From Botryllus schlosseri (taxonomy: Eukaryota), in assembly GCA_051294905.1 (NCBI GenBank), contig CM119372.1:38132001-38196000 (forward strand): 64,000 nucleotides of DNA, written 5' to 3'. The notes beneath the pieces were generated by a model. That model was not told the DNA's origin and made no database searches. It saw nothing but the letters and a program-made list of their open reading frames with translations. Each line of letters opens with the position of its first letter. Position 1 is the stretch's first letter. The translations under genes and the position numbers were made by a program. Shown here in pieces: positions 13,540 through 26,046 of the stretch.

Positions 13540-13857
13540 AACCTAATATCACGCAGCAGGTCACATCCGTCAATTTCTGCTCAGTGCCGCTCCTCTCCTT
13601 CGACATCGATCAACTATATCGTCGCGTATGAAACCAGCTCTGGATCAACTCCAGCATCAACGGCATTCCGTTGCCGACACAGTGGGACACTGGTGCACCC
13701 TCCGCCATGGTGGGATTGACTGGGTACAAAATTTTGGGCTCTCCGAAACTCTCAGCATACCATTGCTCTTTCGTAGCGAACGGTGACAAGCCTTTGAAAG
13801 TGAAAGGTATTTGCACTGTAACCGTGCAGGTGGGTTCCGAAGTTCGAGTTGGCTTAA
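13540..13857 (+). mobile_element. Gypsy LTR retrotransposon, 5' piece (aspartic protease N-half); 5' LTR and most of gag absent
   Basis: SINGIPLPTQWDTGAPSAMVG...KVKGICTVTVQVGSEVRVGL; continues in frame at 26047 (KLVVLDEHRGQNIFGFDW). 5' boundary approximate. Confidence 0.85.
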
Positions 13858-14629
13858 AGGAGCACTGCACTCAAAAAATGATGTGGTCTCAAATTGAAGG
13901 GCAAAACGAAAAAATATTTTTGGCCGCAGCCGTTTTCTTCAGAACGCCACCGTAATGGAGCTGCAATTTATTGAAATTTCCAGAAACACATCCGGCTGCA
14001 GCTGTCGCGGCTCCGGGTCATTTCTTAACCCGTTACATGGCACGATGACTTCATCGTCGCACTTGCTCGGCGCGATTAGGCAGTCACGCAGAGGACGAAC
14101 TTTAGATAGTTGTCAGTCGATGTTGTGAAGGACTCATGTCTTGCACACCAAGGCGGCGCTCAACGTACGGTGTTAGAAGTCAGGATTTGTGTCTGAAGCT
14201 TGTCATGACTCTATAGTCTATAGTATTTGCCAGTTAACTGATACTGAGATGCCATTACAGTTGTATATTGATGCAAAGCTATATTGATACAGCTGTCATT
14301 TTCAAGATGTAATAATGATGCACAGTACACAACCTTCGGAGTAGAGGTCTTGTGGAAGAGACAGACACTGGATATTTTGCATCATTTACCCATGGCATAG
14401 CAACTATTTTGATACGGTCCAGTTTACTTGTTCAAGACACAGATGTATAGATGGTCAACACGAAAATATCATTGTTTCATTGTCATCAAAGTTCCAATAT
14501 TGTTGTGGAAATTTTTATCGTTACATTGTTTTTCTCATTTTCACTAACGAATCTTCTGTCTCCATCAGTTCATTCATGCAATTCCTTTGACACGTAGATA
14601 ACGTAAAATTTGTTAAAATTATTAATGGT

Positions 14630-14925
14630 ATGGAAGAAGATCTTGTTGATGAATGAACTTCTGATGAAGATATAGATAGAAGATTTCGATGATATCACAA
14701 TATTTGGTGAGAGCCTGCCGTATCAATTCGAGGCACAATATTCAGGGAAGGAATTCGCCGGTCTTGTTGCAACTCTAGAAGCACAAACTCAAGTATTGCA
14801 CCTGTGTTTCTTGAATGCAATTTATCAATCTCATTGTATTGGTCAAAGAAATCGTCAGAAAACCAGAGTCAACTTCGGACACTTGACAATGAATGGTGCA
14901 GTTGCTTTAACTGTGAACAGAAAAA
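14630..14925 (+). pseudogene. Remnant of a KolX / P2X7-C-terminal-like cysteine-rich ORF
   Basis: Acidic N-terminus, LPYQFEAQYSGKE, then RTLDNEWCSCFNC, disrupted by a stop and frameshifts; lies inside the Kolobok-type element. Confidence 0.5.
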
Positions 14926-15797
14926 CTGGAATAATTGGAATAATAGCAATCAACCTGGCCCTGGTCCTGGCAGAAGGCTTTCTAACGAACTGTGATTGAT
15001 AACACTGCGGCTCTGCTATATAAGTCGAAATCAGTACAGCGAACGGCAACTGTTTGCATTCTTATTTATTAAAAATTCAATTTAATAATAAAAGAAACAT
15101 CCGAGGACTATATAGCCAGGGTAGGGTATTACAACGGGGCAGTCAGGCAGTGGAAGAATGAAATTGAGCTAGTAAGCTACGCAGCACTGCACATGCCATA
15201 CAACCCGAAGATGTATGTATCTCAGTCACGTTCTAGAACCAAGTTTTTAAAGTCAAACTTTTTTTGTCTATCAAAGATTTCAATGCTTTGAAACTGGGAG
15301 ATCCACATTGCAACCATCTAGTTCTTAGGCACTGATCCCCATCCTTGTCCATAGTAGCAAGTCTTCCATACCTTTCTTCTCACCCAGAGACACCAACTTT
15401 TTTTTCAGTCCTGAGAAATGGTTAGTCAGGCAAAAGAAGATTCAAATAATATCAGTATTCAGTTACCTTTGCAGACATGCCACACAGCAAACTGTTGATT
15501 GATTGATGGATATGGCACTTTCGTCTTAGTGCAATTTCAGAAGGAATTTTATGAAGAGTATGCGATGCGTCATTCCTTTTGACTTCACACGATGTAACGG
15601 CACAACTTGTCGATGTCATTGCATTTTTTAATAATGTCAATGTATATTCTATATACTATTACGAAGACTCTGGGTAGAGCAAGACAATACCGTAGACCAG
15701 TGCTTTTCAACCTTTTTGAGCTCCATTCGCACTTTTTTTGACAATTTAATTCGCACCAGCCAGCTGGAATTTATTACACAAAAAGAAAATGAAAAGC

Positions 15798-15965
15798 TTA
15801 TCACTTTTGTATTTGTAGGTCTTCCTGTAGATACAGAGCGTCATTATTTCACATTCAGCGTGTCGTATTGTTGATTAATCAAATATCACTTTTGTATTTG
15901 TAGGGCCTGTAGGTACAGAGCGTCATTATTTCACATTCAGCGTATCGTATTGTTGATTCATCAAA
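15798..15965. repeat. Tandem duplication of an ~84-bp unit
   Basis: TATCACTTTTGTATTTGTAGG...TTGTTGATT(A/C)ATCAAA occurs twice. Confidence 0.85.
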
Positions 15966-16202
15966 TACTAAAATCACTGCAGTAGAAAAATCACGGATAT
16001 CGCACTTCCGCTGTTCTCAAGGTATTCGTTGCTTTTTATGGGGGTATCGTGCAGTGATTTCTTTCGAAGCTTAAAGGGCGAACCAATGAACAATATCACT
16101 TTTCCACTAAATCGACGTGTGAATGTGTGCCGAAATTCCAATACTTTGCATCCAAATCAACACTGGCATCGCCCACTATTACCTACAAGGTAGGGTTATC
16201 AT

Positions 16203-16417
16203 GGTTGCCAGTGAACTCGGCCCTTGGTGAATTCGGCCTCACAAACTCTTCCCTCAGGCTTATTAATATTTTCACCAATCACTTGATAATAATATTATTA
16301 GTTTAATGATTCGCTATAATACAAAATTTCCCGAGGGCCGTATTCACAGAGGGCTGAGTTCACTGAAGGCCGAGTTCGTGAGGCCGTATTCACCGAGGGC
16401 CTAGTTTACTGGTAATC
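16203..16417. mobile_element. MITE with internal GGCCGAGTTCAC-like repeats
   Basis: Imperfect TIR GGTTGCCAGTGAACTCGGCCC/GGGCCTAGTTTACTGGTAATC; perfect 8-bp TSD GTTATCAT. Confidence 0.85.
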
Positions 16418-17961
16418 GTTATCATATTTTGGATTCGGGACAGGAGGACACTTATTCAAAATTTTCAGAAATAGAATAGTGGATCATGTAGAATCCTGGA
16501 AAATGATAAATCAGACTCCGTTGTCGGTCGACTGAAAAAAAGTCAACTTTCTAGCTCAACTCCGGAAATAGTTTTCCTTTAACACTTAACATTGGTTGAC
16601 TATTTGTTTGAAATTCTTTTCATTCGCACAAGTACGAACCGTCACACAGGTTGAAAAGATACCCTTATCTTATGATTCTCCAACCTGAATGCGAAACCAA
16701 TTATGATCGCTCTGAATTTTGAAATGTTCAGAGGGCACACTGATTGGTGATGGTAATGTTTTATCAGGGTTGTAACCAAGTCACATGGTTCAGAGTCACG
16801 AGTCAATCTTACTTTTGTGGTATTGACTCGAGTCAAGTCGAGTCATTTTCAATTCATCACCGAGTCGAGTCCGAGTCCAAGTCACCGTTTAAAGGGTCAA
16901 GTCCGAGTCATAGTGTTATGACTATAGTCGAGTCCAAGTCACTGCATTGAAGTCATGTTCAACTCATGTTTCAATCCTGAATTAGCTTATAGCTTATAGA
17001 GAATCAACGAATTCACGTCTATAGATACCAGCTGATAGGGAATCATCAGATGCGTGTTTATGTAGAGGTACAGTTTTTCTTTCACATTATCAGGTGGTTG
17101 ACTAAACAAAAAGGTCAGCTTTCCTGCTCAGCTCCCGAAATAGCCGCCAGAGCCTTACTACTATGAGAGAAAATTTTGGATTAATTACAAATAGAGATTT
17201 TCGAATTTTACCGGCTACCTCATGATATTGTTATATTGTGTAAAAATATGATTCATAGCAAAATTGGCTCAATTCCAACTAGAAAAGGAGAATTTATTAG
17301 AGTAGAATATTTTGGATATGAAAAAATAGTCGGCTTACTACTAGTATGTAATTATATTAAATGAAAGAATTTCTCACTAAAAACACTCCATTTATTTTCA
17401 AAAATAAAATTTTCTCCTCTCATATCATTGATTCAACTTTTTAAAATTAAGCCAGATTCAGTGTTATTTTTATGCACCATAACAAGTAGCGCACTAAGTA
17501 AAATAAAAAAGAAGTTATTTTTGAACAGCCCTATTGTACAAACATCACATAACATTAGCCATTCGTTATTACTCACGTGCTCAATGCACATACCTAACAA
17601 AACGTCAAATGGACGGAGGCCGGAGGGTATTGTGTGTTTTCACAGACAGCAGATCAAATCGTTGCGCTGGTGAACTTAATACAGGAATTGACAAGTATTT
17701 TTTAACCACATTGAAGTGCATCGCATACTCATTCCTTCTAGTCGCTCAAAAATGCAAAGAATCATCGCCTTTAAATCTACACATGAGCTTATCAGTCTCT
17801 TCCAAGTACTTGACCATCTGAGTCATTGCATTGACTCTAATTGAACTTTGCTTCTATTATTTGCTTGTATAATTGAAAAGTCTTGAGTACGATACTTTGA
17901 TTGCGGAGGATTTATTACCTCTTCATCACTGGATGATTTTGTACAATGCATTACTACTATG

Positions 17962-18418
17962 TGAAGTCGCGATTTCGGACTTCAAGAGCCATAAACATCA
18001 CGGTTCAATAAACCTTGTATGACCTTTGTGACGTAACTGTTATATAGTTCACTGCCGTTCAGTTTCGCCCTCGTTGCCTGCTTTGTATCAGTTGCTAATA
18101 TTTCGACTATCAATCTTATTCAATCGTATTTACATCGCAATTTTTATAGATCCTAAAATAATTATTATGAATAGTCTGAATCGAAATTTGTAACTGTCCT
18201 CAAGGAAACACCGTCAAGTAAGTATATATTGATTTATCCGGTACTAAACAATTTGTGTTAATTCGCTGTGTATTAATGCTTTCAGAAAACCGTTTTTCGT
18301 CTGTGTAAAATAAAATCCAACGAAGCAGGCAGAAACGCGTCATCTTGGGGTGTTGGATAGGACAGTTATATCTCTATTGTGTATACGTGGAAGTTTCCAC
18401 CCCTCTTTCGCGGCTACG
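17962..18418 (+). repeat. BEL/Pao 5' LTR
   Basis: TGAAGTCGCG...GGCTACG; direct repeat of 24828-25284. Confidence 0.95.
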
Positions 18419-18485
18419 TAAAGTTTTTTGACGTATTCCATCAACAAGTGCACCAATCAACAAAGAAAACTCAACTGTCATTGTC

Positions 18486-21400
18486 ATGGATTTCAACAAC
18501 CAAACAAAAGATCCTGATCTGGATGTTACACAGAGATGCGAAGAAGACAACAAAGTCACCAAAACAAAAGACGAACCAAAGTCTTCAAGGTCTCATGGTG
18601 CCAGATCAAAATCATCAGTTCAAACGAGATCCATGTCAAAGGTTTTAGAGCACAAATACTTGAAACCAAAAAGTTCAAGCAAATCAAGTTCAAGTCATCG
18701 GTCATCAACAGGTACCGGTACTTCTACATCAAGTCATTCAACTAAATCTCGCTATAGTGAAATGAATGTTGAAAATGTCGTAAATTATCATCGGAAACTG
18801 CAAGAAATAAGCTCTGCACGAGCAAAACAGGATATTGAAGATATCCAGGCTTCAATGAACACTGAAATACAATCAATTCAAAATCAAACTGCTTTGGCCC
18901 GAGCCAATCTTCAAGAACAAAAAAAGAAGTTAGCAGAAGATCTACGAAAGAAACTAGACGAAGAAAAGAGGAAGTTGGAGGAAGAACAGAGGAAGTTGGA
19001 GGAAGAGCAGAGGAAGTTGGAGGAAGAAGAACAAGAACTACAAAGACGGCAAAATCAACAATGTGAATTGATTAAACAAAGGATGCAGCAAAATGCTGAC
19101 GAAACAGCTCGCCGTGTAAGACGAGAACATTTGCAAAATACATGTGAACTAGAACTAGAACTCACTAGACGTGGTGTATCAACGCTAAGTTCACCTCAAC
19201 TGACAGCGACAGATCTGCAGCCATCTGAGAACAGGAGCCTGGCTCCTCAAATAAGCAACGTTCCGGAACAGCAACTACAACAAGCCAGTGCAACTATTCA
19301 ACCTACGAACAATGTAATAACTTCAATTGCTGAAGCGTCTGCAAGTGTTGCTCCAAATGTAACTCCGTCGATATCTTCGAATATTTCATACGCAGGTGTG
19401 GCTATTCCTTTTAATAGCATGTCTCACAGTTCTCGCCAAATGTCTAATGTTGTAGGCCTAAGTGAGAATGTATGTGTGCGTGAAAGATCTAGTAATTGTG
19501 TGACTGCTCGTTTGGACGCATGCATTGCACCCAAAAATCAATCGCCTGTAATTGATGCCGAAAATAGTCGCCTTGTAGCACCTCCCATGATTGATACACA
19601 AATAACTACTAAATTGCCTAGTTCCTTTGCATCTGGTAGCGTACAACCCTTTGTGCCAGCTAATTCAAATCAAGCAGCTACAGCAGGCTGCGCAGTTCAA
19701 ACAGCTGCAAACTATGATCTCAATGTAAAGCCTAACCAACCGACAAACTTGATTCAATGTGAGAATCCGTATGTCATTCACCAGGTTAAACCTAGTGATC
19801 AAATTGTCCCATTAAAGTTGGAACCAAAATGTTTTAGTGGCGACCCAATTGAATTTGATACATTCAAGGAAATGATAAATGCTACTTTGAATCGTCAGCC
19901 ATGGACGCAAAAACAGAAGTTGATGCATCTTTTGCAATACACCCGAGGTATTGCCAATACTTTTGTTAAAGCTTGTGAAGATATGGAAAACTGCTTTGAT
20001 GAAGCTCTTGCGGTATTGAGAGACAATTTTGGTCAACCATTCCAAATAAGTGACCGCTACATAAACACTGTTATAAATGGCTCGAAACTCGTAGAAGGTG
20101 ACAACGATTCTCTCCTCTTATTTCATGCATCGTTAACCGCTTGCACCAATAAGTTGACCAAATTTGGAAGAATTCGTGATGTTTCACGCTCTATGGTTGA
20201 ACAAATTGCCGAGAGACTTCCCCCTTCTTGGCAGCCTGGTTGGAGAACCTTAGTGGCGGAGGTCACTTTTGACCTGAAAACCGAACTGACTGTTGAACAT
20301 GTAAATGACTATGTTCGCCAGAAAATTAGAGAAATCACTAGTAAATATACCAACCCTAATCATGAAATATCCAAGAAGCAAGTGACGGGTGTATTCAAAA
20401 CTGGCAAACCCAAGGCATCATTCAGCACACAAGTTGTGACTCCAACATTGGAACTTTGTTTCATGTGCAACGAAAAGCATTTCTTGAATCAATGTGTCCA
20501 GTTCCGCAAAATGCAGTATCCTGATCGCGTTGAATTCGTCAAAACCAAAGGGCTCTGCTTCAAGTGTCTAAAGTCGGGACACTTCGGAAAAGCATGCAAA
20601 CGCATTCAAGCTTGCATAAGGCCTGGTTGCAAAGGCAATCATACAACACTTCTTCACCCACCTGAAGAAAAGATAAAAGAGGTTGCTAACAAAACCTTGG
20701 ATTCAGCAAATGAACAAATTGAAGGCCAAGGCAAAATTTCTGATTCAAAAGAAGCTACCTCTTTCTTCAGTGCTTCCTGCGATGACAATGAATATGATGA
20801 TGATGAATGTGTTACTTTGAATGTAGTCTTGGCAAGACTACGGATCGTTGGCACTGACGAGTACATCGCCACTTTGGCATTAATTGATAATGCGAGCAAT
20901 TGTTCATTCATATCTGAAGAACTCGTGAAACTACTCGGTCTTGCTGGGCCCGAGCGAAACGTAACTTTCCAAACAATCGAACCATCTAAAAATACCAAGA
21001 AGTCAACCATTGTTCGTGGTTTAGAGATTTCTGATTACGAGGGATCAGAATACGTACCTCTGAAGTCACTGATATCTACAGAGAAAATCGCTCTGGACAA
21101 CGACCTGCGGCCAACACAAAGTGATGTACATCAATTTCGACAATTTGAAGATATTCCAATCCCAGATCTTTCTGGAGACATCGGTCTGCTGATTGGTAAA
21201 AACAACCCCAAAATTCATAAGCCTCTGGAAACTATATATGGACCTGAGGATTACTTCGCAGTGAAAAGTGCCATCGGATGGATGTTTACATGCCCAAAAC
21301 AATCCGAACCTTTCAAACCTCACTCCTATTTTATTCAAACCAATCCAAACCCTTTGTGCACGATGTGTCACGATGATGTCAATTCCATAGCAAATGACAA

Positions 21401-24400
21401 AACTGAACTCTCTGTAAATGATAAACTATTTATGGAAAAGGTGTCATCGACAATCCTACTTGACTCGAACGGGCACTACCAAATGGAATTACCATTGAAA
21501 CATCCGGACTTAACACTGCCCGACAACAAGCATCAAGCGAAACAAAGAATCAATTATCTGCAGAAAAGATTCCAAAAGGATCCAAAGTTCTTTGATGAAT
21601 ACAAAGTTTTCATGTCTGACATGATCACAAATGGATATGCTGAGAAGGTTTACGATGATGGGCCAGTTGGTAAAACCTGGTATCTGAGCCATCACGGGGT
21701 GTATCACCCTGAAAAGAAGACTATCCGGGTTGTTTTTGATGCCTCTGCGAAATTCAATAATCTGGCGTTAAACGACCTTTTGTTACAAGGGCCAGACCTA
21801 ACGAACAACCTTGTTGGGGTTTTATCGCGCTTTCGCAGAAATGAAGTTGCGATCCAAGGTGACATTCGATCAATGTTTCACCAGGTTAAGGTTGATGAGT
21901 GTGATAGAGACCTGTTACGCTTCCTGTGGTGGAAGGATAATGACCCAAACCAACAACTTGAAACGTACCGCATGACTGTGTTTTTATTTGGGACTGTGAG
22001 CAGCCCTAGCTGTGCCAACTTTGCTCTACGAACTGTCGCTGAAGACAACAAAAATGCCTATGACATTGATGTCATAAATGCAGTTCAAAGGAACTTCTAC
22101 GTTGATGATTTTCTTGATTCCTGTGAGGATACTTCTGCTGCAATTCGTCGTGTGGAAGATGTCAGCTCTCTGCTAAGCAAAGGTGGATTTGAACTGACAA
22201 AATGGGCAAGCAATTGCAGAGAAGTACTGGCAGCAATACCGGAATCAAACAGAGCCAAAAACCTGAAAAATATTGACTTGTTAACTGATGAGCTACCGAT
22301 GGAGAAGACATTGGGGCTTGCGTGGAATATAGAAGATGATTCGTGGTGCTTCCGCGTCAAAGAAAAACACAAACCTTGTACCAGAAGAGGAATTCTGAGT
22401 ATCGTGAACTCAATTTTTGATCCGCTGGGAATGGCTCAGACTATAGTGCAACCAATGAAGGTATTGATGCAGCACTTATGCAAAAATAGCTACAATTGGG
22501 ATGACCCGTTACCTGAAGAAGCCAGAAAGATTTGGTGCGACTGGTTATCTCAACTACCGATGCTTGAAAACTTTACGATTCCAAGATGTTTCAAACCGTC
22601 AAAGTTTGGACAGGTGACAAGAATCGAACTTCACCACTTCTCAGATGCCTCTGAGTTGTGCTATGGTGCAGTATCTTATCTGAGATATGTGAATGATGCA
22701 GGTGAGATTCACTGTTCCTTTGTTTGTGGAAAAACAAGACTCGCCCCCATTAAAGGTTCTACCATTCCGAGAATGGAGTTGTGCGCTGCAACAATATCTG
22801 CCAGTAATAACAAATTTCTGCTAAAAGAGCTGGACCTGCCTATTGACGATTCATACTTCTGGACTGACAGCACAACTGTTTTGCGATATCTCACAAACAA
22901 AGACAAAGCTTTCAAAACCTTTGTTGCGAACAGAATCAATATGATCAAAGAGTCTTCAGAATTATCGGACTGGAGGTATGTGCCTTCAAAACAAAACCCT
23001 GCTGATATTGCTTCTCGGGGCCAGACTGTTTCTGAATTCTTGACTTGCGACATGTGGAAATTCGGTCCAGAATTCTTGTGGAAAGATTCTTCGGAGTGGC
23101 CTCAACAACCAACATTTCTAGAGGAGTTGTCTGGTGATGACCCAGAAATCAAAAAGCCAAACAAATTGTGTTTTCTTACAATTACCACTCCAAATTCGGT
23201 TCTTGATGAACTCATCTCCAAGATCTCATGCTGGACCCGACTGAAAAGGGTGCTGGCATGGGTCTTGCGCTTCAGAAATAATCTTCTTGCCAAAGCGAGA
23301 AACAAACAACCAAATGCAAAGCTGACAAACGAGGCATTGACTTTAATTGAAGTTAAAGCTGCTGAAGAAATGCTTATACGTCATGAGCAAACAAAGCACT
23401 TCTCTGAAGAAGTAGAAAGACTGAAGAGTGATGAACGAATCAAAAGATCTAGCCCGATCTACAAATTGCTACCATTTCTGGATAATGGGACCCTCCGGGT
23501 TGGAGGCAGAAATCAAAATGCTCCTATTGGTTACGACTCAAAACATCCGATAATCATCCCAAAAAAGAGTCCAATTGCAGAATTGGTCATTCGAGATGCT
23601 CATGTTTCATGTGGCCACAGTGGCCGGGAATATGTTATTGCCCAAGTCAGAGAAAGATTTTGGATTGTCACAATCAATTCCAAAGTACGATCCGTTCTGA
23701 AAAATTGTGTCTCATGTAGGAAACGTCAACGAAAACCAGAATCTCAACAAATGTCTGATCTACCATCTGATAGATTAACTCCGAATGATCCGCCGTTCCA
23801 CGCAGTTGCGGTTGACTGTTTTGGTCCGTTCTTGGTAAAGCGTGGTAGATCTGAATTGAAACGATATGGCGTTTTGTTCACTTGCCTTACCACTCGCGCT
23901 GTCCATATTGAAATTGCGAATAGTTTGGACACTGATTCTTTCATTATGGCACTGCGTCGCTGTATTGCACGCCGTGGACAAATCAGTTTGATACGGTCAG
24001 ATAATGGCAGCAACTTCACATCTGGTGAGAAGGAGTTGAGACAAAACATTTTAACTTGGAATCAAACAAAAATACAAGATTTTTTGGTGCAAAAACAAAT
24101 AACTTGGTTGTTTCAGACCCCTTGTGCATCCAATCATGGTGGTGTATTTGAAAGACAAATTCGAACAGTGCGAAAGATTTTGGGTGCTTTGTGTGATGAA
24201 TAAATGTTGTCTGATGAATCTCTATTAACATTGATGTGCGAATGTGAATCAATTATGAATAATCGCCCCATTTCAACTGTGTCTAGTGATCCACATGATT
24301 TGACCCCAATAACCCCTAACAGTCTGTTGTTGTTGAAAGATAAACCCATGCTACCACCTGGTGTGTTTAATGTCAAAGATGTTTACTCCAGAAAAAGATG

Positions 24401-24695
24401 GAGACAAGTCCAGTACTTGGCTGATCTTTTTTGGACAAGGTGGAAGAAACAATACCTTCCACTACTTCAGATTCGCCAAAAATGGAATGAAAATAAAAGA
24501 AATATCACTGTAGGTGATGTCGTGCTTGTTTTGGATCAAAACCTACCTCGTAACATGTGGTTGCTAGGTCGTGTGATTGAAACCCTACCTGACAAGTCTG
24601 GGTTGGTGAGAAGCGTGAGGGTCTTTACCAAAACGAATATTTTGAAACGACCCATAAACAAATTGGTGCTTCTCTGTGAAGCTCCTGACTGTTGA
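18486..24695 (+). CDS. BEL/Pao gag-pol polyprotein (gag, three Zn knuckles, protease, RT, RNase H, integrase) with one in-frame TAA at 24201-24203
   Basis: FSGDPIEF gag motif; CFMC..H....C, CFKC....H....C, C....C...H....H knuckles; ALIDNAS protease; FYVDD RT; HHFSDAS/WTDS RNase H; HHCC + DCFGP/RSDNG/FERQI integrase; same frame resumes at 24204 with the WKKQYL...RPINKL C-terminal domain. Confidence 0.95.
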
Positions 24696-24827
24696 GAGCT
24701 GAAATTTGTTACAGTTTTTTGAGTATTGTAACCTTTCGTTTCTTTGTGCTTTTATTGTGAATTTGCAGTTGTGTAAAAATTGCCAAACTTGCATAAATTC
24801 AAATTTTCAATTTTTAAAGGGCCAGGA

Positions 24828-25284
24828 TGAAGTCGCGATTTCGGACTTCAAGAGCCATAAACATCACGGTTCAATAAACCTTGTATTACCTTTGTGACGT
24901 AACTGTTATATAGTTCACTGCCGTTCAGTTTCGCCCTCGTTGCCTGCTTTGTATCAGTTGCTAATATTTCGACTATCAATCTTATTCAATCGTATTTACA
25001 TCGCAATTTTTATAGATCCTAAAATAATTATTATGAATAGTCTGATTCGAAATTTGTAACTGTCCTCAAGGAAACACCGTCAAGTAAGTATATATTGATT
25101 TATCCGGTACTAAACAATTTGTGTTAATTCGCTGTGTATTAATGCTTTCAGAAAACCGTTTTTCGTCTGTGTAAAATAAAATCCAACGAAGCAGGCAGAA
25201 ACGCGTCATCTTGGGGTGTTGGATAGGACAGTTATATCTCTATTGTGTATACGTGGAAGTTTCCACCCCTCTTTCGCGGCTACA
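24828..25284 (+). repeat. BEL/Pao 3' LTR
   Basis: TG...CA, 457 bp, followed by TSD CTATG. Confidence 0.95.
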
Positions 25285-26046
25285 CTATGTACCCATGTCT
25301 GTTGTTTTTACGGCCGCCTATCTGATATCAGACTATAGTGCAACAAAAGCTGTGGTGACAAATAGCAATGTCGGCAGAATTCGTCAGATGCGTTGATCTA
25401 GCCGTTACGATTCGCAAATTTCTTCGTCTTCGAGTCATATAAAATGAACCAAGTCAATGACTTGGGTCAAGTCATGCGTAATGACTCGAGTACAAGTCGA
25501 GTCAATCCAAATATTGACTCGAGTCGAGTCAGGTCATTTTCCCATTTCAAGAAAATGACTCGAGTCAAGTCGAGTCACAAAAAAATCGTGACTGGAGTCT
25601 GACTCGAGTCGAGTCATGACTCGAGTCATTACAACCCTGTGTTTTATACATAACATAAGAATAGGACATGATCTATTCCTGCTCTCAAGAAATAGAATAC
25701 ACTAGCCCAGATTAAGAGAAAAATCTCCTGACTGAACATCCTCCGTGGAACGGCGTGTAAGACATATTTCCTTCATAACATTGGCTGGCAACCATCTAAA
25801 TTTCGTCCTCTGCGTGACTGCCTAATCGCGTACAGCAAGTGCGACGATGAAGTCATCGTTCCATGTAACGGGTTAAGAAATGACCCGGAGCCGCGACAGC
25901 TGCAGCCGGATGTGTTTCTGGAAATTTCAATAAATTGCAGCTCCATTACGGTGGCGTTCTGAAGAAAACGGCTGCGGCCAAAATTTTTTTTCGTTTTGCC
26001 CTTCAATTTGAGACCACATCATTTTTTGAGTGCAGTGCCCCTTTAA

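Larger units (their letters stand above)
17962..25284 (+). mobile_element. Full-length BEL/Pao LTR retrotransposon
   Basis: 457-bp LTRs at 17962-18418 and 24828-25284 (3 differences seen by eye); 5-bp TSD CTATG; purine tract AAAGGGCCAGGA before the 3' LTR; single gag-pol frame. Confidence 0.97.
16765..25639 (-). mobile_element. GACTCGAGTC-motif hAT deletion derivative (copy A), interrupted by the BEL/Pao element
   Basis: TIR CAGGGTTGTAA/TTACAACCCTG; perfect TSD TGTTTTAT; both flanks are reverse-complement homologous to copy B (28931-32423). Confidence 0.9.
13858..26042. mobile_element. Kolobok-type DNA transposon (defective) with ~290-bp TIRs; hosts nested hAT and BEL/Pao elements
   Basis: TTAA TSD (13854-13857, 26043-26046); termini AGGAGCACTGCACTC/GAGTGCAGTGCCCCT; 13858-~14149 is the reverse complement of ~25753-26042; removal restores the Gypsy protease frame. 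Confidence 0.85.

Noticed and set aside
12565..14223. 13-bp direct repeat CTATAGTCTATAG as TSD of a composite element
   Set aside because: The second copy lies inside the Kolobok-type element whose own TTAA junction is intact; the motif is near-palindromic and low in complexity.
18960..19030. 21-nt tandem repeat
   Set aside because: Encodes the (EEEQRKL)n coiled coil in BEL gag; an ordinary feature.
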